Assembly: GCA_963924565.1 (NCBI GenBank)
Contig: OZ004613.1
Coordinates: forward strand, 25,048,001-25,112,000
Length of the DNA stretch: 64,000 bases
Source: Ascidiella aspersa
Taxonomy: Eukaryota
Reading direction: 5' to 3'
Position 1 is the first letter of the stretch. The number at the start of each line of letters is the position of its first letter. Shown here in pieces: positions 15,301 to 30,300 of this stretch. Position numbers and translations under genes: made by a program. The notes under the pieces were generated by a model. That model made no database searches. It saw nothing but the letters and a program-made list of their open reading frames with translations, and had not been told where the DNA came from.

Positions 15301-18300
15301 TGCAAGCACATGCTGGGTCAACCCTGTTCCGTTGGCACGGGCCTATGCAACAGACTAGGAACAAACTTCCAGGTTTTGAACAAGGTACGCGGCCGTGCAG
15401 GAGTTTTAACACCTATTCCGACGCCCTATTTTCAATAATTGCGTTTGTGGAAATAGAATGTAAAGCAAGATTGTTTCCACCTACCTTTGTGTTGAAATTG
15501 TAACTTTTAGAAGTCATATAGCGTGTTAGAACATGGTAATTGGAAATAATGTGTTACGTTTTGGGATTTGTAGTATTTTTGCACTTAATTGAGCTTTGAT
15601 TATATATGATTATATATATAGACCAACTTAACCGATTATCCCCCCCTTAAGATTTGTCTATGGGTGCGTTGTATTTTACTAATGTTTATTTGTTTAACCT
15701 GCTGAACAATGTTTCTGATGAAATAAAGTTTAATCTATACTAATACTATATTATATTATAGATAATCCTCCTTTAGATATTGTTGCCTTGTATAGGTCTA
15801 ATTGGGTGCCCCCTATTTACTTCGCAGGACGAACGCAACATTACCCTTCCGATTAGCTTTGGCCGCACCTACTCGTTCGAGGTGCTTCCATACCAGGGTT
15901 TTCGTACCAGCAAGGTCAGCTACGGTGGAGGCGACGATAAGGTCTACCTCTACTGCGCCCACCACCTCATAGAGGAACAGGGAGTCGACAGGGGAAGGGC
16001 GTACGATTTTTGTCGATCCACGCAGGACATGAGCGGTAAGTTTATTTTGAATCCCACAAGACAGGTTGTAAGTCAAACCAAAAGGGGAGTTCGGGTTATA
16101 TATTCCTTTCTAAATTTGCCAGCCACAAGCTTATTGTTAAGTGCAACCCTGAATGATTTATTAGTGATTTTTGACAGAAATATATTTTTTTTTATGATTT
16201 TAATTATATCTTATTTCTGGCAATCAAACTGTTCCAAGGGGCAGGTGTAAATTTCCTAAAAAAAAAACTATAACAAAAATGTTGACAACCAACGTATTTA
16301 AACGAATTAGGGTTTAGGGTAAATTTTAATCGAACTTAATCGAACAATTTTTTTAAGGGAGTAATATATAAAAAAAAGATTCGAGCCAGTAACCGTCTGT
16401 CATAGGTTTGCTACGAACAGCTATTTAAGGCCAAATAAAATATCCTAAAGTTCATTGACTTGCTTATAGCGTCCAGTAAAACGTAATTATGCTCGGTTTG
16501 TTGGTTAACATTTGGATTTGACGTTGCCAACGCTAACGTCGTGTGACTCTGCGAGTAGAACTATAGGCAGACTTTAGACAACCAGATTATTGAGTTGTAT
16601 GCCCGTTTACACTACAGCTGCACTGAGCGGAGCTGAGCTGCACTGGGCGTGGAATTGTTTTCACTACAGCTGCACTAAGCTGCGCTGGGCGTAAAAATCG
16701 CGACAAAACGTAATGTTTTTCTATAGCTGCACTGGGCTTGAGTTTAGCAAAGCGTGAAAATCGCTCCAAAGCGTATTTTTTTCAGCTGCACGGGGCTGTT
16801 TAGCAAAGCGTAACTTTAAGCTAGCTGCAGCTGCTGCACGGGGCTTGAGTTTAGCAAAGCGTGAAACGCTCGCCACAATAGAATTTAAATGCAAATTACG
16901 CCCAGCGCAGCTCAGTGCAGCTGTAGTGTAAACGGGCCTTTACACTTAAGATCCGTTCACTGTTAACTACTCGTTCAGAACGTGAAGCTTCAAGTTCGCC
17001 GGTCGATCTGTCCGTCGAAGACTTGACGCCCGATCTGACCACCAACCGGGCCAACGTGGTGGTCCGCTGGAAGTCGCCCCACGACGTGCTGGCCGGCCGC
17101 AGGGTATTGCGATACATGGTCCGACTGCTGCCCAGGACGCCTGGGGTCGTTTTGCCACTGTCCGTGGTAAGTGGTTTGCTTGAAATTTATATAGAAGGTG
17201 AATAATGTTCACAACGGTAATAATATGGACTTGTTCGGTGACCGGAGTGTTATTATTAAGACCCAGTATTGTAAACAAGTCATTTGGCGACCAAGTCGCA
17301 ATTAAAGCAAGTCAATACCACGTCAAGTCCTTGTCATAAAAATTACACGTCAAACTATTGAAATTGGCTAAACTCGCAAAATTGTTTTATGTGTAAAAAT
17401 TAGAACATTTTAAAACAAGTCATTTGTCTAAAAGACTCATGTCAAGTCAAGTCATTTGTCTAAAAGACTTAAGTCAAGTCAAGTCATTGAAAACAAACTT
17501 ACAGTAAGTCATTACTACACTGTTAAGACCTATAGTAAGGCATTAGGTAAGGCTGTGTCATAGCTTTGGTCGTCAGTTCTAATGCCACAACAGGCCATAT
17601 TAACGTTGCATGAGGCGCTGCGTTGCGTGTAAATCCCTCATAGAAGTACATAGGTTAAAGGGACTTATTCTTTGTACGGGTTGCCATATCCTTCCAGGTG
17701 TTTGTTTATATGCAGATGCGAAAAAGTGGTCTTTACTAATGTAAAACCTTCTTTTTAACTTTAAAATTAGAAACACGCTTTTAAAACGCCGACACAAATT
17801 GGCCTGCTTTAGATATTGTTTGAACTATGAGTTCTGTAAGGTTTTGTTGCTTTGACGACCGTCAAGAAAAAAATATACCAAACAACATATAACTTATCAA
17901 AACGACCCTAACTTACTATGTGATTTAAGCGATCGTTTGATGGGCGAAAAGTTAGTCTTCGCCAAATAAGACCAAAAATTGCTTTGTGCGCAATTGTGCC
18001 GGCTGTACATGCGCTTAAAAGGCATAGGGCTTACTGAACTATCATGAAAACGTTTGAGTGACCCTTTGGCAGAAAGGCAAGACAGAAGCAGAGGAAAAAT
18101 TGAATCCTTTCTACAACTGGACGTTGAACGGACTGGAGCCGAACACCGCCTACGAGATCCTATTGACCCCTTACGTGGACAGGACAGGCGATTCGTGCCA
18201 AGTGTGGGATACTTGTAACTATCATGGAGCTGGTGGAACCGTGTCCTTTGTCAGCGCTGGTAAGTCGACATGGGTTGCGTTTGGCTGCTGTTGGTATGGT

Positions 18301-21300
18301 ACTTTTTTATTTTCGTGTGAAAAGTGGTTTTGGGCCTAACGTGAAAAACAACCGGCACGATTTAGGCATGAAATTTAGGTTTTCATTTCGCGTTTGGTTG
18401 CACAGATTGCACAGCTTAGACTTCGTTCAGAAAGCAAACACTATTGAGGAGAACTTATAAAGAAGGCTTGTAAATTATTGAATAGAAAAGTTTACCGGTA
18501 CCTAATGAATATAATTTTTCCGACCGATTTTCCGAAGGTCGTTTTACTTTTCTAGAATAACAGATACGTTTAGTATAATGCTTCCGAATATTTTTGAGTA
18601 TAAAGCTTTCCGAATATAATATCGGGAACGGCCGTGTGTTAATAATCAAACCTGGGTTTGTTTATGTTGACCAGTGCCTTTCTTACCGTTTTTGGGATCA
18701 TTGAGGGAATAGTATTTAAAGCGCCATAAGCACTCGTTCTATTTTGTTTATTACAGTCAACACACAGCAAGATATTCTTAGGGAAATTACGTTTTTGAAA
18801 AGCAGAAATCTAAATAGCGTGGCTTGGGTTTTGGTTTACAACTGAAAAGTAACCTTTTAGATTTTTTCTTTTCAACTGATCTGGGCGCGACTTTGGCAAC
18901 AGAGCAAATGTTTACGCTTTGCCAAGCCCTCTTGTCAGATTATGTTTTTTGCGGAGATTTGTACTCTTTACGGTAAACAGATTCCGGGAAAATAATATTG
19001 TTTCTAAGAAACGTATACTTGTTTTTATTTACCTGGTGAATTTCGATGAACTCAAAGGTTCAATAGGTTGGCTTGAGTACTGCCCAATATCACAATAAAG
19101 CGATATCGCTGTTATAATTTTTTTTTTATGACTTAGTGAATGGCTCAGGCTGGACTGCTGGGGGATTTGTAAGAAAGGCTAACTGAACTACGATTGTAAA
19201 AAATCTGTCTTTTATGTATAAGAACCACTACGAAAACAGAGGGGGTTTCAAAAGTAACGCTCGGTCTCGGAAACAAACGACCAAAAAAAGAAAACATATC
19301 CCGCCTACCGTTTTTCAGATGTGAACGCTTGCGAGCTGGGCTACTGCTCGCAGGACGCCGACTGTCTGGACCTGGCCGTGTTCGCCAACTGCACCTGCAA
19401 GCCGGGGTACACAGGAGACGGGGTCAGCCTGCGACTTAACGGTACGGGGTGCCAGGACTTGGACGCCTGTCTCGACATGGACTCTTGCTCGGACGCTGCC
19501 ACCTGCGTAGACGAACCGCCGCCTAGCTTGGGCGTGTCGTGCCAATGCGGGTAGGCTTGGATTATTATGGTTTTTGTTTTATTTTACGTTGGTTTAAATA
19601 TTGTATTTACGCCAATGACGTTGTTGTGCCATAGATCGAGGCAGTGTTGTTAACCAGTCATTTTGTAATGTCTCAAGTCCCAGTCAAGTCATTTGTTACG
19701 AAACTTAACTCTGAGCCTTTGTAAAAGATCGTATGTCCAAGTCAAGTCTATAAATAACAAGTCAATTCCAAGTAGATAATCCTTGTCATTAAACGTTAAA
19801 CTATTACAATTGGTAAACTCTTTCGGTTATAAGCGATAACTCAACTAAATATACCACAAAACTTCAACAGGTCAACATTACAACACTGGATCGCGGTGTC
19901 GTTGCTATATATCAAGGGTTATTCAACTGGTGTCCGTGGACCCCTCGGGGGTTTGGGATGAAGGCCCAATTGAAATCCCAATATATAATTTGAAATATGA
20001 AATTGGGTTTTTAAAAGAACACCTTCCCCTAGGATTTAAACTTTATTTCAGTTTCACATTTGTTGAAACACAAACAGCAGGTTTCTTAATTCTACTTGTT
20101 TTGTGACAGCTATTTATTACGTCACATCCTAAAAATCCATGTCGAAACTGGTTCACGCGAGCCAAAAGTTTTCAGGGGTCTGCGTTAAAAAAGTTTAAGA
20201 ACCCCCGCTATAAATCAAGGTAACGATTTGAGAGTTCTTCTGTGAAGTAGGAAAACTAATTAGCTGTGTAGCTTGTTGTGATTTTTCTCGGTAATAACTT
20301 GAGTATGATGATTATACTGTATTGCAGTTAGTATTTTGTTTATAATTTTATATTTAAGTTTATGTTTATATTTTTATATAATTTCAGTTTAGATATGCGA
20401 TGGCGTGGGCTCAAGCACACACAATTACTTGCGATAATACACTGCAATCAACGCTGGTTAACAGTATTAACTTTGGTATATCAAAATACATGACTATTTT
20501 ATCAATTCCAAAATTTTGCTTGATCATATGACATTTATTACATTAAACCAAACATTGAGAGCCGTTAGAAAATGTCATTGTGGAGGTCAGAAAGCGGCCA
20601 TTTTTCAACCATTTAGTTCTATCTATGCTTTTGTGGTTTTAGTCATTGTAACATCCACGCCGTGCATCAGACTCCCCGTGTTAGTTTTCAAAGTTTAAAA
20701 GTGTTGTGCTGTGTTCCAGGCCCAATTACTTCGGCGACGGTTTGCGCAACGGAACCGGATGCACGGAGCGCCGCCTGGTGGTCGGAATAGCTGTTGGCGT
20801 CCCAATGGTGGCGCTGTTCGTTTGTGCGGCCTTCCTCTTCGTGTGGAGATATCGGACCACCAAAAAGAGGTGGGTTCATTTTGGCGGAAAATGGAAAAAT
20901 TTTAAAGTGGAAAATTGTTAGGAAAGTTTAATGTAATTTTTTTTCAGTTTTTTTTATTTGAGTATGACGTCGCCAGGTGCAAGTTTCTGATTGTTTAGTT
21001 TGTGTTTAGCTAGAAGTCAATGGAAAAACTCAGAACATATTGATGAAAACACCGAACAGTAAAATATAATTTCTTATTTTACTCTTCTTAAGTTTGTGTT
21101 TTATTGGATTTTAAAATTTTGAACCGAAATGCGATGGCTTCAAATACTAAATAAAGTTGAAGCAAAAAATTAGAATATGTTTCCTAAAATGCATCAAATA
21201 TGGAAGTGAAGTCATTAAATTTTTTACATATTTTTTACATTTATTCCGATAGCTTTTCGTCAATGAACTTTTTTATAGAAAACCTTGATGACATACGTAC

Positions 21301-24300
21301 CTATTGGTATATAGGTTCAATGCATAACTCTAACTAATTAAATAGTTACTAACAACCAGATAAAAATTGTTTAAAATTTGTCCAAAGGGACAGATTTTGA
21401 TCAGATTTTCAAGTGAAATACTCTGACGAATATCGATCTTATGGAAGTTCAACAGATTCTTTGTTTAAAAGATAAATTTCTTGTTTTGTTGCTCTCAAGC
21501 TGTAGTTAGGATTGTTCTCGTTCGGTGTTGTTCGTGGAAAATTTTTTACCTTCTTTTTAATCGCTTTATTGCCCACGACGTTCCACCTTCCTACGGCTTT
21601 CCACACTCACGTTGTTCATGTTATTTTGGAAACAAGCCGTTTTTTGGCATTGAAGTACCACAAAGGCAGAAAATAATGATGATCGCACTTATACCGCTTT
21701 TAATACTTACTATTTGTAGGGAATAAGTTTTTGAAAACTTTGCTACGATTTATGGAAAACTTGAGATGGTTTAAACCAGTCGCGTGCGAATAGAATTTAA
21801 ATTTTACAGATCGCTTTGAGAACACGCCAAAGCTTAATACCACACCACAAACCATTTTTACCACGTAAAACGGGCTATTGGCTACTCTTTTTTCCGAAGA
21901 ACCGCAAAGGGCCCATAAAAGCCTATAGAAATGTCAAGCAAATGTCTGAAACCGATTTGACGACTATAGGCTTCACGACTACTGGCTTTATCACACGACA
22001 GTTGCGCATGCTTTACCGGCTGACCTATCAACCTCGTCGACGCCGTGCAAAAGACACAAGTGTCTGCGCTAAACTGTAAAATGTCGCCGGCATGTAGAGT
22101 GAAATACCGCAGTGTAATGCCAGGGATACTTAAAGATGCCAAACTTTCACGAAAGATTGTTCCAACAACCAAACTGTCAAACGTGCCTGCTGGGCTTGAT
22201 GTATTTCTGGTTAATTGCCCGGTTTGCTGAAAGTTTGACACTTGAGTTTTATTGAAAATCTTGGAAATTTTCAGTTTACATGATGTAATCCTGCAAATCC
22301 GTTTCTTATCCAAGTCAAATATTCAATTTGGGCGGGTCTGTTTGGCAACGCCGTGGCATTCAAGCGGTAAGATTACTTAAGCAGATCAAATTTGTGTGCA
22401 ACAAATAAGAAAAAAAAACAGCCTGACCAATAAATCCACTTTCGTTATATACGCTAATGCGACGTATGACAGGTTTTGACTGACTTTTGGCGATGGATAT
22501 TGCTCAAAATCCGCCCACAACCTAGTAATTACCACGTTTCGCCGTTGCATACTTTTATTTAATCCTTGTCGGCAAATTTTACTTGTGTTTTTGACTGGCG
22601 GAGAACTTGTAGTAGACCAACGGATGCTGCAATTATACGCCCGGCCTTAGCGGATTTGGTCGGCGTAATTACAACCCAAGATCCGACAGCTATACTCGCG
22701 ATTAGCAATATTGCCTATAACCCAATGCCGACTTTTGTCCGGATCTTTGAGAAGAACGCCTACTTGTCATCTTTAAAATATGCAAATAGCCAAAATAAAA
22801 ACAGAACGCCAATATTGTCGGTGTGGAAATTCGGATTTAAAAAAATTAGAGCAAAGCCCCCATGAAAAATAAACTTAAAAAACGATGATGTGCGGCCTGA
22901 TCCTCACCGTTGATTAGGAGTAGAATTCACGACGTGCCTCTGGGATTCCGATCCTTCGTTTTTTATTTCTAGTTCGACATCCAATATTTCAGCAAAAAGT
23001 ACTGAGGTCCGATGAGCAACCAACTGACGTCAATAATGTGACCACTCACAGCATACAAAGTTGTTTTTTAAATTGTAGGAACACACTTTTTTGGGTGTTG
23101 AAAAACTGAGTTTCCTTCGACTGATAAGTCACTATTTGGTAAAAAAAAATATTTTAAATAACGGAAAACGTTTGGTTGGATAGCAAACGATGGCTGAAAA
23201 GCACACATTACTGGATCGACACCCGACCATCCTTTGTAATATGGACATCCTGAACTCCAACCTTGAAACGAGTCTTTTTATCGGCAGGGCGCGCAACCTG
23301 AAGTTTTCCAAGTTTGTTCCTCTGCGAAGCGGGACCTACTCGACGCCACAAGTTATCCAGAACGACCACGCTCAGCGGGAAATGGCACAGAACGGGCCTG
23401 TGTTCGGAACCAAGTGGGAACTGCAACGGAACGACATCGAAAAGCAAGGTATGTGCGCGCTTGTAATTTTAATTTTTTTTGCTTGGGATTGAGCCCTGGT
23501 GGAGAGGTCTTGATTCTATTTAAGCAGTGCACAGTGTTTACAGTGGCTAGCCTTGTTTTAACTATGAGTTTTCGCACCTTTTCTGGTCAATTAATTTTTA
23601 GTGCTGAATATTATTCGTTTTAAGTTAGCTTCAGTAAATGTATTTCTTCAGAAAACAAGTCAATTTAAATTATAAAAAAAAAATTTCGACGTCAAATCAC
23701 TCTCTATATTATAGTTAAGAAATAAATTATTAGACTCGTATAAATGGCTTTTTTTAGTCGCCAGTAAATGCATGTTTTGTGTAAAGTTAAAACTCGATGA
23801 AACCGATTGATGTTTTGCTCAGACATAAATCTTGACGCCAATTGTCTTATATGAAATAAATTCGGCTTGTGGTAAAATACTTCCAAAGCTGAACAGCAAC
23901 ACCTAAACTACTATTTTGTAACATATTTCCAAATAAAACCAACTTGTTCTCGTTTAATTTTTACTCAACGTTGTGTTACTTTCAGACTGTTTTTTGTCTT
24001 CTTAAAGGGTTCAGAAACTTCAGGTTTGGTGGGATTAGTAATTTGCTAACCCCCTTGGCTTTGGGCTCGTCATTGCTCTTGTGGTTTTATTTTATTTAGT
24101 GTGCGAAAAATAAAAAAGGCGAACAAGGAGAAAAAGGGGGAGATGTATAATCAAATTTGGCCAAGGCCTGCCCTTCTCACCCTACGTGGAGAACTATGCA
24201 TATGGCGGGTCTGGATAATGGCTAACAGTGCTCGCATTACTCCCCTATTGCAAGGATGTGCTCCTTGAGTGATGTTTGAATTTCCGCTAATTCTAGGCTA

Positions 24301-27300
24301 CTTCCGGGGCCGTTTTTTGTCCCAAAGACTTAACCTTACTCCAAAGCGTCGTTCCGTTAGTTCCAAGCGAAAAAGGTGAGCGGCGAATCCAAAGCTGTTC
24401 CGTCTCGCACGAGCCGCAAACACGCTCGGCTATAGAAGGAAGCGTTCCCTCCCGAGGCGAAATGTATCGATCGCGATAAAACGCGTGATTATCCACTCTC
24501 GCGCGGAATGGCCTGTGTGTTTATTGTCGTCCAGTCGCGGTCGCTAAGCACATCAGCCGTTTTTCAGCTCGCCATATTCCCCTGTTTTTGCTTTAGGTGT
24601 CAGGTTAGAAGAGTGACATAGGTATGCTCGCGGCTTATTGTTTTGCGGGGCATATGAGGAAAAATGGTGTGGAGGTTTTCACCACCCAAACTGTTTAACG
24701 GCAGACCACTCAAAGTACATAACTTTAAACTCATTAGTTTAAAAAAGCTTTACCTTTAATAGGTTTAGGTAAGCAACCCAACGTTGGAAAGTTTCATCCT
24801 GTCGATCTGGGAAAAAAACTAAAATACGATAAAAAAATACAAGGTAATCCAACAGAGGTATCACTCAAAATTATTTGTTATTACCTTAAAAATGCCTAGG
24901 TTGCCGCATGTTAATAGTAGATGTGTTAAAACTGTGTTTAATACTAGAAACAAACTAATGTTACATTTACAACCTATTGTGCATCATACCCTCAATTCGT
25001 GGCCATGTTGAAAAAGCAGTTGTTTATACACAAATCATTTTAAATAACTTCGGCGCTCCTTAGTAAAGACAAAAAACAAACCTTTAAGATATATTTATTA
25101 GATTTGCTGACCATTCACCCAAGCGTGACATAAAAAATAAGGTAAAAAATAAGGTAGGCTAACTTATTACTTAACAAGTTTAAAGACCTTTAGTAATCTT
25201 TTAGAAACATAAAATCGTGAAGGTTTCAAACCCTACAGTTTTGCGGACATGCGCCTAAGACTAGTAAAAACAGGCCACCCACCTTAAATCCACTTAAATT
25301 TTAAGATAATTCACTAATCCAATGTTCAACCTTCCCAGTTTGTTTTGCCAAACCAAAAGCGCGAAAAAAACTTTGATTTAATAGCGTCACAACCTCTGCC
25401 TCCTCGCGTAAAATCGATTTGATCGATTTGAACTTGGCCGTGTCGGTTCTGGACACCCCAAGATTGTGACGTCACAATGCGCAGCGCTGTCCATCGGCTT
25501 TGTGACGTCGTTTGGACACGACGCGCGATCCGGAAGTGGAATTGGGAGAAAGTGTAAAGCTAGAGAGCCAAACTAAATATGAGACCGGCAGCGATTCCAA
25601 GCCTTACACAGATTCCGATCTTGTATGTATGTTAGAGTAATCAGAATGGGTGAGTTTGCGATGGCTTTCGGTGTACTAATGATACGTAAGCCGCCGTAAT
25701 CTTTGGTCAAAAAGCAGATTCAGAAGGGCTAGATAACAGTTGTTGAACACATATATGCGTGGGTATCTTTTATTGTGTTTTAGAGGCCATTCTTTTGTTT
25801 CAAAATGGTTTTTATTTTGATCTAAGTGTAAATCGGAATTTTCTTTTCAGCTAAAGTTTCTTCTGTTTTGTTAAGACTTGGGTTGATTTTTAGTTACTTG
25901 TCTCGGCCTGTTTTTTATTTCAATTTACCTTATGCTGTATCATTTTTTAATTTGTTCTCTTTTTTTATAGAGGTTAAACTTTAAAGTACACAACATAACA
26001 TACTTTGTGCTGGTGAAATCTTTTCAAACTGCAAAAATAGTTTGTGGATCTCTAATTTCATTAAATATCCCGATTCCTTACATCACAATATTATTCATGC
26101 TTTTTTCCACTGGATTTCAGCTAAATAACAATGTTCCGAACAAAATTAAGCTTTAACAAAAAATTGCAATAAATGTCGCTCAACCACCAACGCCGGAAAA
26201 GCTACTTCAAATTGCAATACTACAACCACATACCGACCGTAGGCTGTCAAGTCCAACCTCGCAATTTCACCACCGGCGAGCGTGTAGATCTTCTCCTACG
26301 CTCTTAATCCGATTTAATTATTCCGCGGTCCGGCTGCGGCCATCCATGCAAATCCGCCTGGTCAAGGTGAAAGGCGATTTGCCACTCGGGCTGTCATGCT
26401 TTATTGACAGGCCTTAACGACCTTGGTCGCCCACAGACGTGATTAGCGCACGTAGCACTCTTCTGTTTTATTTACAGTTTTAAATGCCGATCTTTGGACA
26501 ACATACAACAAAATCTGGACAAAAATTCTGTGCTTCAGGTCGTTGTCGGACAAACATGCAGTATACGCTTCGCAATTTTTTAAAGTTCGTGTTACTTTGT
26601 TTTGGGCATCGTTTGAGATAGAATCATCGTTTGAGATAGAAATTTAATTCTTGGCTGAAGGCTTTCACTTTTTATTGGACATTTAATGATCGCTGGATTT
26701 TTTCTCAATTACTCTATCTTATAGCGCGGAATAGTTGTTACAAGATTAAATGGTTTGCGGGGCTTAAATGCCACACTCTTCAACAAGCTGAATATTTACG
26801 AAAAACATAAAAGGCGGGAATCGACTGTTTTTTTTTTAATGGCGATAGAAAGAAAAAACACATACCGTAAAGACCACAACATTTCGCTGCAAACTGTACT
26901 CTGTTATATGTGATCGACACTCAGTGTACAAATTGTGGCGAAAATGTGTTTTGCACACGTTTGGCGGTTGCTTGATTGCGATCGATCCAGTCTGAACAAC
27001 CCCTTGCAGGTGCAAACCGGTTCAGGCCTTGAAAAAGTACCGCAAAATTGCACTTGTTCGGCATGAAGTCTTGCTTGCAACCCGGTTCTTAGTATACTCT
27101 TTAAAATTGGTATTATACATTTTATAGTGATGAGTGAATAAAATATCAACATATACTTGATGCTAGAAGTCCTAAACCAATCCAAATAATTCAAGAAGCG
27201 ATTCAAGGCCTGTGAAGTGTGAATTGACCGCTGTGTTAAAGGTTACATACGCAGAATTTTGAAAAATCTAGTTTTCTAATTCGACGATTAGAAGAAAATG

Positions 27301-30300
27301 CGACTAATTGTAATTGTGGCTGAACAAGAAGGAAGTTGGTTAACCCAAGCTCTGGGATTTTTAATGTTGTTGTTCTTTCAATTTTTTTGATTTGCTTTTG
27401 CGATTGATTGACATATTTTGTTGAATTTAATGGTCTTCTGTACAACTCTCGGTTTTTGGCGCTTTTGGTTTTCTGCTTTCTGTCTGCCTGGCTATTACTC
27501 CATTGCAACTTATGGTTAGAGTCAGTTTCAACCCAATACACATGCAGAATACACAACATCATATTGATAGCAGCCTGTGTTTTCCCTGTCGTTAAGTAAG
27601 TTCGAACCGGTTAAAACTGGTTTTCTGTCCCATCCGCAGCATTGTTTACCTTCAAAATTCCGTCAAGCGCCGCCGATCGATTGTTGAGCCAGGCCGAGTT
27701 CAAAACAGCTACAAACGCAGCGACGCAAAGACCGGTTCAAGGCGGTCTAAGGCGGTTTGGTTGTGTTGGTCCGAAGAAGTCGTGCCTTTACGGCGACGCC
27801 CAGCTCTTGGATCCGCGTCGTCCATAAACAATAAACAAGTCTTTGTTTGACCGCCTTTGGGTTGTTTCCAGGTGCACATTATTTAGTGGCCGGACAATGG
27901 TTTTTGAAAACTAGGCCTGAACCGCATACGACCCCGCCTTTTAGTGCGGCCACGATGTAAGAGAGTTTGTTGGTTTAGTATTTTGATTTTTATAAATTAA
28001 TGCACATTTTCGTGTATTGCACGATATCTGCTATAACATCGTTAAAAATACGGACTTTCTTGTGTTTACTGCTTGATCTCTACAGTAGGACAATGGTACT
28101 TTCCTACCTTTTTCTCAGTAAACGAAGAGACCACATGGCATTGTATACGCGTTACAATGGTTTAACAAAATGTTTCACTGTTGCGGCACTGTTTGCGTTG
28201 GACAGGCCTGTCGTAAGCTCTCCATTCTTTAGCATGATTATAGCGCAAACATAATAAAAATAGATAGATGTACGAAAATAAACAGCCCCTATCAAAAAAC
28301 GACAGGTTAGGCTAAAGGCCAGCCCACATAACTTTAAGCTGTTGATCATATCCTTACTTTGACTCTCCAGCTCCCACTAACGACCACATTGGTCGTTTTG
28401 TTCCTTAAGCCCGTCCAGTTTACGTAAGCGGCCCAATTTCAAAGCGATGCTTTCGTGAGAGCGATTGCAGCATCAAACCACAATTAAACTTTCGCATTCT
28501 GCTGCTGCGGGCGGCCACAGCTGTCCCAAGGACCGCGATAATCGAACAGAAGCCGCACAAGTTGCACACAATCTCTTGGTGACTCGCGTTCACCTTTCGC
28601 CACGCCTAATCTTTTCTGACGCAACGGCCAACTCGTGGCAGGCGCGCGCTTCGAAAAGGGTATAGCGTGCGAGCGTAATATGCGTAGGCAATGGGACGCG
28701 ATATCCTTGTTTTTTACTTTACGGCTAGGGTCTTTCGAGCAGTAAACAAACGGCCGATATTAAATTGCGTGGTTTTCTTTCTGTTTTTTTTTAGTCCATC
28801 CCACATAGACTTCTAGAGTTGCAACCTAAACTTGGCAGAAGCTGGCTCATCGTTTTGTTTACTGTTGTACGCCTGACAAACTTTATGAAATTGGAAAAAG
28901 CAGCTTTCGAATGAATAATCGCTTAAACAAAGCGTTGGAAAATGGAAACAGTTGTATTTCAAAGGGAAAACGGTGGACAAAGATTTACTTACACGTTAGC
29001 AGATGGAGATCCTAAATAGGCATAAAATGAATAACCCATAAGACATATAATCCACTCTTGACTCCATATTTTGGAGTGAAATATCCGGGTTGTTATGGGG
29101 CCGATACTGTACATGTATTAAGTCTTGTACAAATTAAATAAGTTAATATATTTTGTATTTTGCATTGTTTCATCTCAACCATAACTGAAGGAATGGTAAG
29201 ACTAACATTTAGATGAAACAGCTCTAACGTTACACTGTTCTGACTACCTTGAAATGTTTGCTCTTTCGCGAGGAAGTGCGATTGAATTTCCATTACTTAA
29301 GCCAATTGGTAATATTCTTGCAGAATTAAACCTTTGAAATGCTTAGATAGGGAATAAACACCTGGCCGTGTGTCTTATCGATTACGCATTAGCGGGTAAA
29401 GGGATATGCGGTTGTTTGATAAATTGCAATAGAAGTTACAGTTTATTTGCCAGAGCACCTGTTGTAAAACGATCTTAAGACCATCGTACACGATTTACGA
29501 TAAATCGTCTTGTGTTTCCATCGTGAAAAAGATAAACGTCATTCAAGGCTTGAAGCGGAAAATTTCATTTGCCCATTCACTTTGCAAACTATTGTGACGC
29601 TTAAAATTTAACCGACCCCCAACATACAAGACTAGATGTTAGTTTACGTTTAAGGAAATTTATATTTCGGCCTGCCATACTAAGTGACATCACAAGTTTT
29701 ATAGGAGCAAGCCTATAATCTTAGTTGGTTTTCAGTTTCAATAAGTGCACCTTTCAGCCACTGCTCAAACTAAGGAATTGCCCTCTAGCAGTTAAATAAA
29801 GCGCACGAAATAATTTGGCATTACACACCTATATAATCCAATTATTGAAAAAAGCCAAGATTTTAATTATCGAAATGTTATATCGGTTGCATTAATACAA
29901 CAAGCGGCGTAAAAGGCGTCACCAAATTTGGATGTATGTTTACTGCAAATCTAGCACCGCGGCCGTGTTATTAGCGTAAATTGCAGTCCCGACCATCGTC
30001 GCACATTAAATCGCCAAAAGATCAGAGCAAAGACTTAAAAACTTACTTTTTCGTTCAACAACACAGTTCCGGCGCCGACCTGGCAACCTCGAACCGACCT
30101 GAAACCGTATCGTCGCAGCGGCGACTATGACGTCATAAGCGACCGCGACGCAGCGGATTAGTGTCGCGCCGTCGTGACAAGGCTTTAGTGCGTATGGTAG
30201 AAGCGTTACCGCCTATGTGCCGTTGTTGGTTCAAAGTGCAATATACGCCTCGGTTTACTGTGTTTTTCCTATAAGTTGCTTGTGGCTGCTGATTCTGATT

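Noticed and set aside
21810-22313. Possible exon or ORFs in intron 9
   Set aside because: In the required phase it hits TGA after two codons; no coding bias or recognisable motif
23184-23287. 5' extension of exon 10 (MAEKHTLL...) with a possible micro-exon at 22973-23006
   Set aside because: It needs a weak donor (gtccga) and a poor acceptor; the acceptor at 23287 joins exon 9 directly in phase. Not excluded as a minor isoform.
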